Assembly (NCBI RefSeq): GCF_015706575.1
Contig: NW_024037060.1
Coordinates: 1,009,983 to 1,073,982 of the forward strand
DNA: 64,000 nt
Origin: Patiria miniata
Lineage: Eukaryota
Direction of reading: 5' to 3'
The notes under the pieces were generated by a model. That model did no database searches, was not told the origin of the DNA, and worked only from the letters and a program-made list of their open reading frames with translations. Made by a program: the position numbers and the translations under genes. Positions within the stretch are counted from its first letter, which is position 1, and each line of letters starts with the position of its first letter. Shown here piece after piece: positions 1-11,225 of this stretch.

Positions 1-661
1 TTTTCGTGCAAGCAGAAGACAGTTCGACTATCTATTTTAGTTTTAAAAACCTGTAATTTGTTGAAACCATAATAATTATAACATCTTTACTTTTTCGATG
101 TTTTATAACAGGAAATGAACTTCTAAATATTTATGAAGGCTTCATTACAAGAGAGAAGCGAACTACGGAATTCTTAAAAATAAATTCAAAATGTGTACTA
201 CACTTTTTGTTCTTACTATAATGGTTGTTCTTCACAACCAGTGATCTGACAAGACAGGCAACTAGAGCTGGCGCCAGACTTAGTCACAAGTGAGTCAGTC
301 AGTGGGTCAGTCAATGATGTACAAAGAGGACACTAGACTAGTAGACTGGCCCCGTAGAACCATTTTTTTTTATTTTGGCCCCAGTCCCAACCCCACAACC
401 AAATATTTATACCCACAAGACCAACGGATCGCCGAATTTCATGATATGGGATTTCCCTCGCATGTGCAAGGACTGTAACATGAGGACATGATGGGTCAGG
501 GATCACACCTAACGAAGCCAGACCAAACTAGCATCATGGTAGACAGGGTTCCAGACCCTTCATCTTCGTTCTGACCCATATATATAGCCAGAGGGAGGGA
601 ACGGCAACTAGTCTAGCTTCGCGGTGACTTCAAGCCAATTACCACGATTTCGAGTTCAAAT

Positions 662-925
662 CATGGGCGTCGCGAGGGGGGGGGGGGCAAGGGGGGCACT
701 TGCCCCCCCCCCCCCCCCTGGAAAAGCAAAAAAAAAGATGAAGAAGAAGAAGAAAAAAAAGAGAAAAAAGGAAAATAAAAAGAGGCGCGACGACAAAGTG
801 GTGTAAATTTAATGAGTTGGGGGGGGGGGGGGCAAAATGTCCCTTCCCCCTCTAAAACTGATAAATCGAGAATATGTTGAGAAATTTTTGCCCCCCTCTT
901 GAAAAAATCCTGGCGACGCCCATGA
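662..925. mobile_element. Related MITE (TIR CATGGGCGTCGCGAGG / CCTGGCGACGCCCATG) with poly-G/C + poly-A/AG core
   Basis: inverted termini at ~662-677 and ~910-925; flanking 7-8 bp direct repeat (g/a)TTCAAAT; TIR core GGGCGTNGC shared with 4668-4912 family. Confidence 0.65.
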
Positions 926-1739
926 TTCAAATACAGAGATTATATGACACTGTAAATAGCCATTAACCATGTATATCTCCAAAACATGCATGAAAGGTCA
1001 AGATCCTATAACATGGCGGATGGCGCAAGCAAACATTGACGAAACTAATGCTTAGTTTTATAGTACCACCTGTCTATTTCTGTGCGCTAATGGGATGAAT
1101 TGCAATGAAGGTATTTTCCACTGCGTCCGTGATCTTTGCTGCGTTATGTAAATATGAGGTGATTATGATCGGGAATGAATATCCGTTTGTACTTCGTACT
1201 TTATCCTATCCTATCTCTATGTAGACTGCTGATGTATGTACATGTAATTTTGATTCGTCCAATTCATGTTTTCAATTGTATATAGCCAACTATTTTTTGT
1301 TTAATTGTAACTATACCCCGTAGCATTTAAGATAAACCTTCGAGCGAGATAAGGACATGAATTGCAGCAAATAGGCCTAGCCTTGTCTATTATGGTTGGA
1401 AATACCACGAGAATTTTAACCCTATCAGAATCGAGGTTTTTGGTGGGGGGGGGGGCCGGGGGGGGGGGGGCGCCCCCCCCCATCTTAATTTTCGTATGCA
1501 ACAGCCGATTTTCCTAAAATTTGGCAGGAATGTAGGTTGGCCTATAGTATACACACTACGTCATTAAGGTTGCTTTCGGTGACTGTAAGAGGGCTCTTTA
1601 TTTAGTTTCTTGCCCATTTTGAGACAAAAACAGTATTTTACGCATGCGCAATGGTTTCCCCCGCGTCGTCGGCTTGCAAACAGCGGTAGCAGACGACGCA
1701 CTGAACGATTGTCTGGTTTTCATGTCTTATAGTCGGGTT

Positions 1740-1870
1740 GCATACGGTTGGAATCGTGACCGACTGGTCCAAAGCACCAAACTTGGCAGCATGATAGCCT
1801 GATTCTTATAGCCCCAGAGAAGATATTTAGAAGGGGTGACACCTGAAATTCTTTTGGGAAGAGTGCCTAA
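1740..1870 (-). repeat. ~190-bp dispersed repeat family (copies at 1740-1870 inverted, 2596-2790, 4915-5100, 7562-7747)
   Basis: shared core ..gcaaatt(a/t)ggcac(c/t)cttcccaaaagaatttcagg(t)gtcaccccttcaaaatatcttc(c/t)ctaaggctataacaacatat.tgc.aagtttggtgctttggaccagttggtcacgatctt. Confidence 0.8.
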
Positions 1871-2595
1871 TTTGCATAAAGCGTTATTCCCTGTCATGTA
1901 ATATATCTATTCCCATATTTGGGTAGATTTTTTTATTTTTGAAAAGTATATTTTGGGAATTTACTTACATATCCTTACTTAAATAACATTTTCTAAAGAA
2001 TATCGGAGACTTGAAGATTATAGGACATTATAAAGATCCATTTCCTTTTCCCTCAGATATTATCAAGTAGTTCAAAACCTCAGTATTGATGAACTTCAAA
2101 TTCACAAAGTTACTTAATGACATAGTTATCCTAACAAAAATAAATGGGAAATCATGTGAAAAATTAATCATCTTGATATTTAGCCCACAAAAACAAAAAG
2201 GGGGAAAATAAGGTGTCCGTAAATTGGGCTAAAAATTACTTGAAGCCTGACGTGGAGGACTTGATCAAGCTCCCCGTTTTTGTGTTCTGGGCTAAATATC
2301 ACAATGTTGTTGTCCACATGATTTTCCATGAAGTCTTAATCGAGTTACTATCCCAGTAAGCAACGGGTGAATTTGAAGCTCATCAATACTATTTGGCAAG
2401 ACTACTTGGTTATATCTGGAGACAAGGTTAATGAGCGCAACTTTAGAGTATAATAGTAGACATTTTGAATCGTTACTATGTCCTCATAATTATCCAGTCA
2501 GTCTTAAATGCTTTAGAACATGTTATTGAAGTAAGGATGTGTAATCCACAAAATATACTTTTCAAAAAAAAAAATGTACTCAAATGTCGGAATAA

Positions 2596-2790
2596 ATGTA
2601 TTACACGGTAGGGATGAATGATTTAAGCAAATTTGGCACTCTTCCCACAAGAATTTCAGGGTCACCCCTTCAAAATATCTTCTCTAAGGCTATAACAACA
2701 TATCTGCCAAGTTTGGTGCTTTGGACCAGTTGGTCACGATCTTATCAGAAATTGGGTCTAAGCCACCTGACTATCATGAGGGGAAAAGAA
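2596..2790 (+). repeat. ~190-bp dispersed repeat, copy 2
   Basis: see 1740-1870. Confidence 0.8.
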
Positions 2791-4667
2791 TAGGCAGGAA
2801 AGTCGAAAATACAGACGCACACTTTGACACATGCTTAGCTTTGGAGAGTCCCAGACGGTGTATAATCTGTGCTCGCTCGGTCCAATATTTGAATATAATT
2901 TTGTAAGTTTAGAAGAGAAATCGGTCCTCGGATAGGGCAATCATCACCCAATGAATAGTACATGGAAGCGCACATTATCAGAAACAGTGCATACTTTGGT
3001 GACAGCATTGTCTTGGTTCTCCAAGAAGAAAGCGAGGTAAAAGACAATACATACATTCATAAATCGTAAAACACATTTGCGTTTATACTCACGTAGTATT
3101 AGTATACCGGGCGTAAATGATTTTAATCATAAATGGCATAAAGCTAATAATAATTTACTAAATTTGTAAAGTTTTGATATTGTTTATCAATTTATAATAA
3201 CAAAAAATGGTTCCGGGTTATTTTGAACCGGGTACATGTGCTAGCAATGTAAATGCAGTGCCAGGGAAGTACCGAGCCTAGAGACAACTATATGCCATTA
3301 CAACGCTACATAATTATTTTAACCGATTGTGACCGCTTCTCATTAACCGACGCAAACCGCAGCAGCACAAACCGACAACGTTGTGCCCTACGATCACTGC
3401 GCAAATATCGTTTCAACTGGTGTGGGTCGTTATTCCCTTGAATTTCGGTTTCATCAAAAACATGTGCATGTATTGAGAAAATCAAATCAACAACGCACAC
3501 GCGACTCCTGCAGCACATGTGCATGCATGCGAATAAATAAAGCAAACTGTGGCGAGGCGTTGTGAACGAGATCCCGGTCCCCCTCCTAATTATCTATGCA
3601 TGAGCATGAGCAATATCACCAATGAGTCCGTATTTCATAAAACCTAAATTCATGCTGCACCGGCTGTGGCAGGGATGAACCGTGAGGTGAAGCAGAAGCG
3701 GTAAGGTAAAGGAGATTTAAGTTATCCTCTCGAGTTTGGACATAAAAGGTCGCCTGGTTTTTTTTGCCCCGCCCACCCTCCTCAGCAAGGTTGCTTGTTC
3801 GGACTCTGGTTTCTACGCTCGATTCTTTCTTCCCCATAGGCAGGGTGTGCATGGACTTATAAAAAGCCTATAGGGTCATTTGCTTTTCATGCATATTGGT
3901 TGTTTCCAATAATAAAACGGGTAACACCACTCAAATTCTGTTGAAGTTTCAGCTCAGTGGATATTACACTTTTCGAGAAAACAAAAACAATACACATGAT
4001 CGCGACACACGATTTCGTCAATAGCACTCTTTTTCAAAAGTCAGTTAATATTAACTGATCGTTGGGATTCACCTACAATAAATTTCACGGGGTGTACGGT
4101 ACTAGTCTAAAGTCCAAGACTTAGTAAGCTTGTCGATAATTAGTCGATATTTACTTTTCGGATAAATGCAAATGATATATGCCTTTAACAAACGACATTG
4201 GTAACATACGAGACATTTCGATGTACGGTACTTTATCACGGATAATTATGAGGGGGAAAGTGTGGCTAAAATAAACGGAAATAAGTTTTTATTGTGTTTG
4301 ATGTTTCCCCTTAAATTCTGTTTGTGTCATTACTGACCTCTTTGCGGCTGGTTTTGTATGAGAAAACAAAACTGTAGAAAGGACCAAAGGTGGGTAAAAT
4401 AAACGGAAATAAATTTGGATGTGTTTGATGTTTCCTCTTAAATTCCTTTCCTGTAATGTGACTTATTCCGTTTGTCATGTAACTCCCATCTTGGCTGCTT
4501 TTTTTTTTTTTTTAAGTATTATCGATACATGTGACATGCCTCCCCTCAACATTGAAGTGGCATCATCATCATTGAATTATGTCAACACATACGAGGAAAC
4601 CAAGTGAAAAGAAAATATATGTATGTGCCAACTTGCACAGTTGAGGATAGACCAACTTCATTATGTA

Positions 4668-4912
4668 CAGTGGCGTAGCCAGGGGGGGGGGGGGGGGGGG
4701 GGGGGGGCGACAGCCTCCCCCCCCCCCATGAAAACTTGTCGCCCCCAGTCGCCCCCCCCCCCCCCACTGAGATTTTGAGTTTCTAAAAAAAATATCATTG
4801 ATCTACATGACGCCCCCCCAGGATATGTTCTAGCCCCCCCCCCCCCCCCAGCGCCCCCCCCCCCAGCCCCCCCCCCCCCCCCCCTCATGACAAATTCCTG
4901 GCTACGCCACTG
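4668..4912. mobile_element. hAT-like MITE (TIR CAGTGGCGTAGCCAGG, 8-bp TSD ATTATGTA, poly-G/poly-C core); second copy at 7323-7562 inside duplicated unit
   Basis: cagtggcgtagccagg...cctggctacgccactg terminal inverted repeats flanked on both sides by attatgta; interior is G/C homopolymer runs. Confidence 0.75.
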
Positions 4913-4914
4913 AT

Positions 4915-5100
4915 TATGTATTACACATTAGGGATTAACGATTTATGCAAATTAGGCACCCTTCCCAAAAGAATTTCAGGTGTCACCCCTTCAAAATATC
5001 TTCCCTAAGGCTATAACAACATATTTGCTAAGTTTGGTGCTTTGGACCAGTTGGTCACGATCTTGTCAAATATTGGGTCTAAGCCACCTGACTATTAAAA
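4915..5100 (+). repeat. ~190-bp dispersed repeat, copy 3 (abuts MITE); copy 4 at 7562-7747
   Basis: see 1740-1870. Confidence 0.8.
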
Positions 5101-7322
5101 TGTATCCTTCTCAAACGTAGACCAAGTGAACAAAGTAGACCAAGTGAACAAAGATATAAATTGTCTCTACAGTGTGGTAACGGCGCTAAAAACCTTTTCA
5201 AATAAAAGAAAAATAATAATTAGGACAAAAAACGTACAAAATGAAAAGGAAAAACATCGTTCGCTTTTGAGTTTGGTTTACACATTTGGACAATTTGCCG
5301 GGTTTACCTTAGATCAGCCGTAGTACCATCGGAAAGGATGATAGATTATTTTCATTTTACAGGTGATTTGATGTAAGAAGGAAACCTGTCGCTTATAAAA
5401 ATCGTCATTTTTCGAGTAAACCCATTTTGAAACCTTCGTGCACAAATACACTGGTCCCAGTGCCCTCTAGGATCGTACTTAACTGCTTTTCAGGGGCGGG
5501 AACCAGTCAGTTGTAAATCGTTTCAGTTAAATGTATACATTTCCAACGCGTCGAAAGATTACAAACGGAGCGCCGCGGCGCGTGGCGTGTGGCTAGCCAT
5601 CCAGTGTTTACGGGCCAGATTCCAGGGTCTGTGTACACGTACGTGCACACTAACGTTACATTCAACGAAAAAAACGTATAACGTGAGACCTTACTTTTCT
5701 CATTGAAACGGTTTCCGACTAATTAAATTATATTTATACATCGCACTTCCCGTGGCATCCTTTACCATTTTTCAGTGAAGACAAGGGCAAGATTACCATA
5801 TGCGAAGTTCACTTATTTTCCTCTGTTTTGACTAACAAGCCCCCAGATAGCAATTTCATGTCATCAAAGTCAATTTCAGCAGTGAGAAAATACAAGCATT
5901 TTCTTAGAAAACACTTAGAATTTTTCAGTCCAATCTCATAGGGTTTGTACACAGGTTGTTGAGTGAACTTCGTATATGGAAATCTTTCCAAGACAAGTTT
6001 ACAATTACTCGGCAAAATTGAAAAATTATCCCCTAAACTGTCGCCTGTTTTGAATTTGTGACCCAATACTTTCGTATTACACGACACGGAAAAACAAAAA
6101 CAAAATGCATCAAATACTCTGTTTTTTGCGCTAAGGTTTGCAAAAGTGACTTTGATTGCCTTAAATTGCCTTAAACTGTGGCGAGGCGTTGTGAACGAGA
6201 TCCCGGTCCCCCTCCTAATTATCTATGCACGAGCATGGGCAATATCACCAATGAGTCCGTATTTCATAAAACCTAAATTCATGCTGCACCGGCTGTGGCA
6301 GGGATGAACCGTGAGGTGAAGCAGAAGCGGTAAGGTAAAGGAGATTTAAGTTATCCTCTCGAGTTTGGACATAAAAGGTCGCCTGGTTTTTTTTGCCCCG
6401 CCCACCCTCCTCAGCAAGGTTGCTTGTTCGGACTCTGGTTTCTACGCTCGATTCTTTCTTCCCCATAGGCAGGGTGTGCATGGACTTATAAAAAGCCTAT
6501 AGGGTCATTTGCTTTTCATGCATATTGGTTGTTTCCAATAATAAAACGGGTAACACCACTCAAATTCTGTTGAAGTTTCAGCTCAGTGGATAGTACACTT
6601 TTCGAGAAAACAAAAATAATACACATGATCGCGACACACGATTTCGTCAATAGCACTCTTTTTCAAAAGTCAGTTAATATTAACTGATCGTTGGGATTCA
6701 CCTACAATAAATTTCACGGGGTGTACGGTACTAATCAATAATCCAAGACTTAGTAAGCTTGTCGATAATTAGTCGATATTTACTTTTCGGATAAATGCAA
6801 ATGATATATGCCTTTAACAAACGACATTGGTAACATACGAGACATTTCGATGTACGGTACTTTATCACGGATAATTATGAGGGGGAAAAAAGACATTTGG
6901 AGAGTACCAAGTGTGGCTAAAATAAACGGAAATAAGTTTTTATTGTGTTTGATGTTTCCCCTTAAATTCTGTTTGTGTCATTACTGACCTCTTTGCGGCT
7001 GGTTTTGTATGAGAAAACAAAACTGTAGAAAGGACCAAAGGTGGGTAAAATAAACGGAAATAAATTTGGATGTGTTTGATGTTTCCTCTTAAATTCCTTT
7101 CCTGTAATGTGACTTATTCCGTTTGTCATGTAACTCCCATCTTGGCTGCTTTTTTTTTTTTTTTTTTTAAGTATTATCGATACATGTGACATGCCTCCCC
7201 TCAACATTGAAGTGGCATCATCATCATTGAATTATGTCAACACATACGAGGAAACCAAGTGAAAAGAAAATATCTGTATGTGCCAACTTGCACAGATGAG
7301 GATAGACCAACTTCATTATGTA

Positions 7323-7562
7323 CAGTGGCGTAGCCGGGGGGGGGGGCGTGGGGGCGACAGCCCCCCCCCCCCCCCCCATGAAAACTTGTCGCCCCCAGTC
7401 GCCCCCCCCCCCCCTCCCCCCCACCCAGATTTCGAGTTTCTAAAAAAAATATCATTGATCTACATGACGACCCCCAGGATATGTTCTAGCCCCCCCCCCC
7501 CAGCGGCCCCCCCCAGCCCCCCCCCCCCCCCCCCTCATGACAAATTCCTGGCTACGCCACTG
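7323..7562. mobile_element. hAT-like MITE, copy in tandem unit 2
   Basis: same TIRs and TSD as 4668-4912; homopolymer lengths differ. Confidence 0.75.
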
Positions 7563-9094
7563 ATTATGTATTACACATTAGGGATTAACGATTTATGCAA
7601 ATTAGGCACCCTTCCCAAAAGAATTTCAGGTGTCACCCCTTCAAAATATCTTCCCTAAGGCTATAACAACATATTTGCTAAGTTTGGTGCTTTGGACCAG
7701 CTGGTCACGATCTTGTCAAATATTGGGTCTAAGCCACCTGACTATTAAAATGTATCCTTCTCAAACGTAGACCAAGTGAACAAAGTAGACCAAGTGAACA
7801 AAGATATAAATTGTCTCTACAGTGTGGTAACGGCGCTAAAAACCTTTTCAAATAAAAGAAAAATAATAATTATGGACAAAAAACGTACAAAATGAAAAGG
7901 AAAAACATCATTCGCTTTTGAGTTTGGTTTACACATTTGGACAATTTGCCGGGTTTACCTTAGATCAGCCGTAGTACCATCGGAAAGGATGATAGATTAT
8001 TTTCATTTTACAGGTGATTTGATGTAAGAAGGAAACCTGTCGCTTATAAAAATCGTCATTTTCCATTTTGAAACCTTCGTGCACAAATACACTGGTCCCA
8101 GTGCCCTCTAGGATCGTACTTAACTGCATTTCAGGGGCGGGAACCAGTCAGTTGTAAATCGTTTCAGTTAAATGTATACATTTCCAACGCGTCGAAAGAT
8201 TACAAACGGAGCGCCGCGGCGCGTGGCGTGTGGCTAGCCATCCAGTGTTTACGGGCCAGATTCCAGGGTCTGTGTACACGTACGTGCACACTAACGTTAC
8301 ATTCAACGAAAAAAACGTATAACGTGAGACCTTACTTTTCTCATTGAAACGGTTTCCGACTTAAATAATATTTATACATCGCACTTCCCGTGGCATCCTT
8401 TACCATTTTTCAGTGAAGACAAGGGCAAGATTACCATATGCGAAGTTCACTAATTTTCCTCTGTTTTGACTAACAAGCCCCCAGATAGCAATTTCATGTC
8501 ATCAAAGTCAATTTCAGCAGTGAGAAAATACAAGCATTTTCTTAGAAAACACTTAGAATTTTTCAGTCCAATCTCATAGGGTTTGTACACAGGTTGTTGA
8601 GTGAACTTCGTATATGGAAATCTTTCCAAGAAAAGTTTACAATTACTCGGCAAAATTGAAAAATTGTCCCCTAAACTGTCGCCTGTTTTGAATTTGTGAC
8701 CCAATACTTTCGTACTACACGACACGGAAAAACAAAAACAAATTGCATCAAATACTCTGTTTTTTTGCGCTAAGGTTTGCAAATGTGACTTTGATTGCCT
8801 TAAATTCTTGTCCACGTGGAAAGAAAAAATTATCAAAGTTTGTTTTGTTTGCACCCTCATTTATAAAAAATCAAACTCCGCCCACAAAATGGGCAAGATC
8901 CAGGATGGGTCCCGATCTTAAAATGATTTCTAGCCCATTTTGACCCCACCTGCCAAGGTTCATGCTTTTACCACAAAGTGCACGATTTTGGCCAAAAATG
9001 GACCTAAGCAGCTCCACTATATAACTTAACGTGAAGAGGTTCGCGCGCGCATGCGCATATGACATAAGTCACTATCAGCCACAGCGAAATTGAA

Positions 9095-9230
9095 ATTGTT
9101 CGTTTCACGAAGTGACCTATCTGGATAGGTCGCCGTTCGCGCGCATGAAATATGAAAAATTAATTTTCACGAAGTGACCTATCTAGATAGGTCGCCGTTC
9201 GCGCGCATAATGAGTTTTTGCCTTAAAAAA
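9095..9230. repeat. ~75-bp tandem duplicate carrying palindrome GTGACCTATCTAGATAGGTCGC followed by GCGCGC-rich segment
   Basis: cacgaagtgacctatct(g/a)gataggtcgccgttcgcgcgcat repeated twice; inverted TGACCT/AGGTCA half-sites with 8-bp spacer. Confidence 0.6.
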
Positions 9231-10858
9231 AAAATTAAAATCATAATTCAACTATCCAACTTTATCATGTATAAAAACTGAGTCAATAAAAAATTGTGTT
9301 GTGGGTGAAAGGGTGGATGCAAAAAAGGCCCAACTTCAAACGCGTTTTTCTCGAAATGACACAAACTGAGATAGGTCAGTTCGTGGTACGATCGACGAAT
9401 TATATCTACAAGCAATTAAGTTCTGTTGGTATTTGTATTGGTTTCCCGTCAATTGTATCATTGTAAAATCTGTGGACAGATACCTCTACTTTCGTTCTAG
9501 AACTTCCCTGGGCCGGGTACTAGATCTTTTGCTCTCTGTGATTTTTGTCTTCGTTTGAAACGAAATTGTAAAAAGTCGCAAGAAGGGTACGTAACAAAAA
9601 ATATGTTGAACTTTCGGTTCGGTTGATAATGTACATTTTGAGAAACAGAGACTGAGCCTATGGACACATTTTTTTGGATCTCGAGTGGATTCAGATAATA
9701 GCGCTTCCGATTCAAAAGTTGCCGATTTCGTTTGGCAAAATGAGACGAAACTCAGCACAGGCTGTTGTGGAGAATATTTTTTTTAAAAAAATGAAAAAAT
9801 GAAGAAAAAAAAGAAAATCGAAGGGGTGATTTGTTTTCGATTTTCAGATTGATATTTCCATCTTTGATATGTCTGTGAAATATTTGTTTGCATGTTTGTG
9901 AAATATTATCCACTCTTATTTTCTTCTGTTAAAAAGGGTTATATATTCACGTTTTCGTTGACTGTTTCTAATTCTATGTATGTGAACAGATTGAACAGGA
10001 AAATTATGCATGGAGACCTCACCCCAAATACTGCATCTTGAATGTTGTATAGCTTTAAAGTGTCAGATTTAATCCCCCAGGATTTCCCACCAAGTAAAAT
10101 GAACGTACATGATATGGTATAAGGACTCAACCACTTAAAATAATCAGAAAAAAACATCACCACAAATCTATAGCTGTTTCATTCAATACAACGCTTTCCT
10201 CATAAAGACGAACACGCGGAAACTAGGACGAATTACTGTATAATAATGAAATGTAATAATGAAATGCATTCTTGAAAATTTGAAATTGGAAATATAGGCT
10301 AAGGTCAAACGGTGCAAAATTTGTTAAAGCATCTTTTCATCAAACTGAAACAATAATCGGGAAATCCTGTGTAAGCCATAAAATTAAGAAAATACGCTGC
10401 AGTTATGTGCAATGGTTTGTAGATGTGCACACATTCATGAATTCTATACAAGAAAGAAAGCAGACGGTTGATCCCTTCTTGCCCAAATGAAAATTGTAAT
10501 AATGAAAGGGGATTCTAACCAACAATCTTCGTCATACCGCACTATAACGTTCTACCAACATTTTCCTGTTTTCTTTAATACTTCAATACGTCGGCGAAGG
10601 GTAAAACCCATTGGTGAAACTGAAGGCCAAAACGCATTATTGAATTTACATCACTCCGACGCCAATTCCGTCTTATGAATAGTTCTGTAATACACTTTTT
10701 ATACAACACTGCTCAAGTTACTCTTGCCTTGTAGCAATTTTTCCACCACTATAATAGAGTTGTTCACAAACAAATGCCCAGCTGAAAGATAGAATCAACG
10801 AAAAGAAATTACCACATCAACATTAATGTCATTAATCTGTAAAAAAAAAAATCGCTTA

Positions 10859-11225
10859 GGCCAAAAAAAAAAAGTCTCCGGTTTCTGGTATGCGCGCGCG
10901 TCGCCGTAGCCATGCGCGTCGGCAAAATGAAAAAGTTTTTTTTCAATGAAAGATGATGTCTCAAAACCGCCAAACTCACTGGTTTGACTGGAATCCAGCT
11001 GCTGCACAATTTTAACGTGTTTTTAGAATGGGTTATGGTCGAGAATAAGCTTTATGTGGCCTCTCTGGACTCCCATATATTTGTACTAAGTTTAGTCGGG
11101 CACCATTTGCAGTCATCAGCCGACATTTGAAGCAAAAAATCAGGTAAAAAAAAAAAAAATCCGCGTCGCCGCACCACTTTTTGGGCAAGCTCCATACCAG
11201 AAACCGAAGACTTTTTTTTTTGGCC
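10859..11225. mobile_element. ~370-bp element bounded by ~35-bp terminal inverted repeats (MITE/foldback candidate)
   Basis: ggccaaaaaaaaaaagtctccggtttctggtatg (10859-) vs cataccagaaaccgaagacttttttttttttggcc (-11225). Confidence 0.6.

Larger units (their letters stand above)
3545..8807. repeat. Two-copy direct tandem duplication, unit ~2629 bp (3545-6173 and 6174-8807), ~98% identical
   Basis: Long runs of identity with constant 2629-nt offset (e.g. aactgtggcgaggcgttgtgaacgag at 3545 and 6174); unit 1 flows directly into unit 2; small indels only. Confidence 0.9.

Noticed and set aside
4582-4888. Gly/Pro-rich ORFs (MGGGGATGG.., PPPPPPP) on both strands; similar at 661-991, 1301-1501, 7224-7658, 12821-13138, 55214-55692
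   Set aside because: They arise from poly-G/poly-C homopolymer cores of MITEs; no splice or codon structure.
8450-8860. 136-aa minus ORF in the tandem duplication
   Set aside because: The paralogous copy (5809-6087) is frameshifted or truncated, there is no recognisable domain, and it lies inside repetitive DNA. Mentioned only in the findings.
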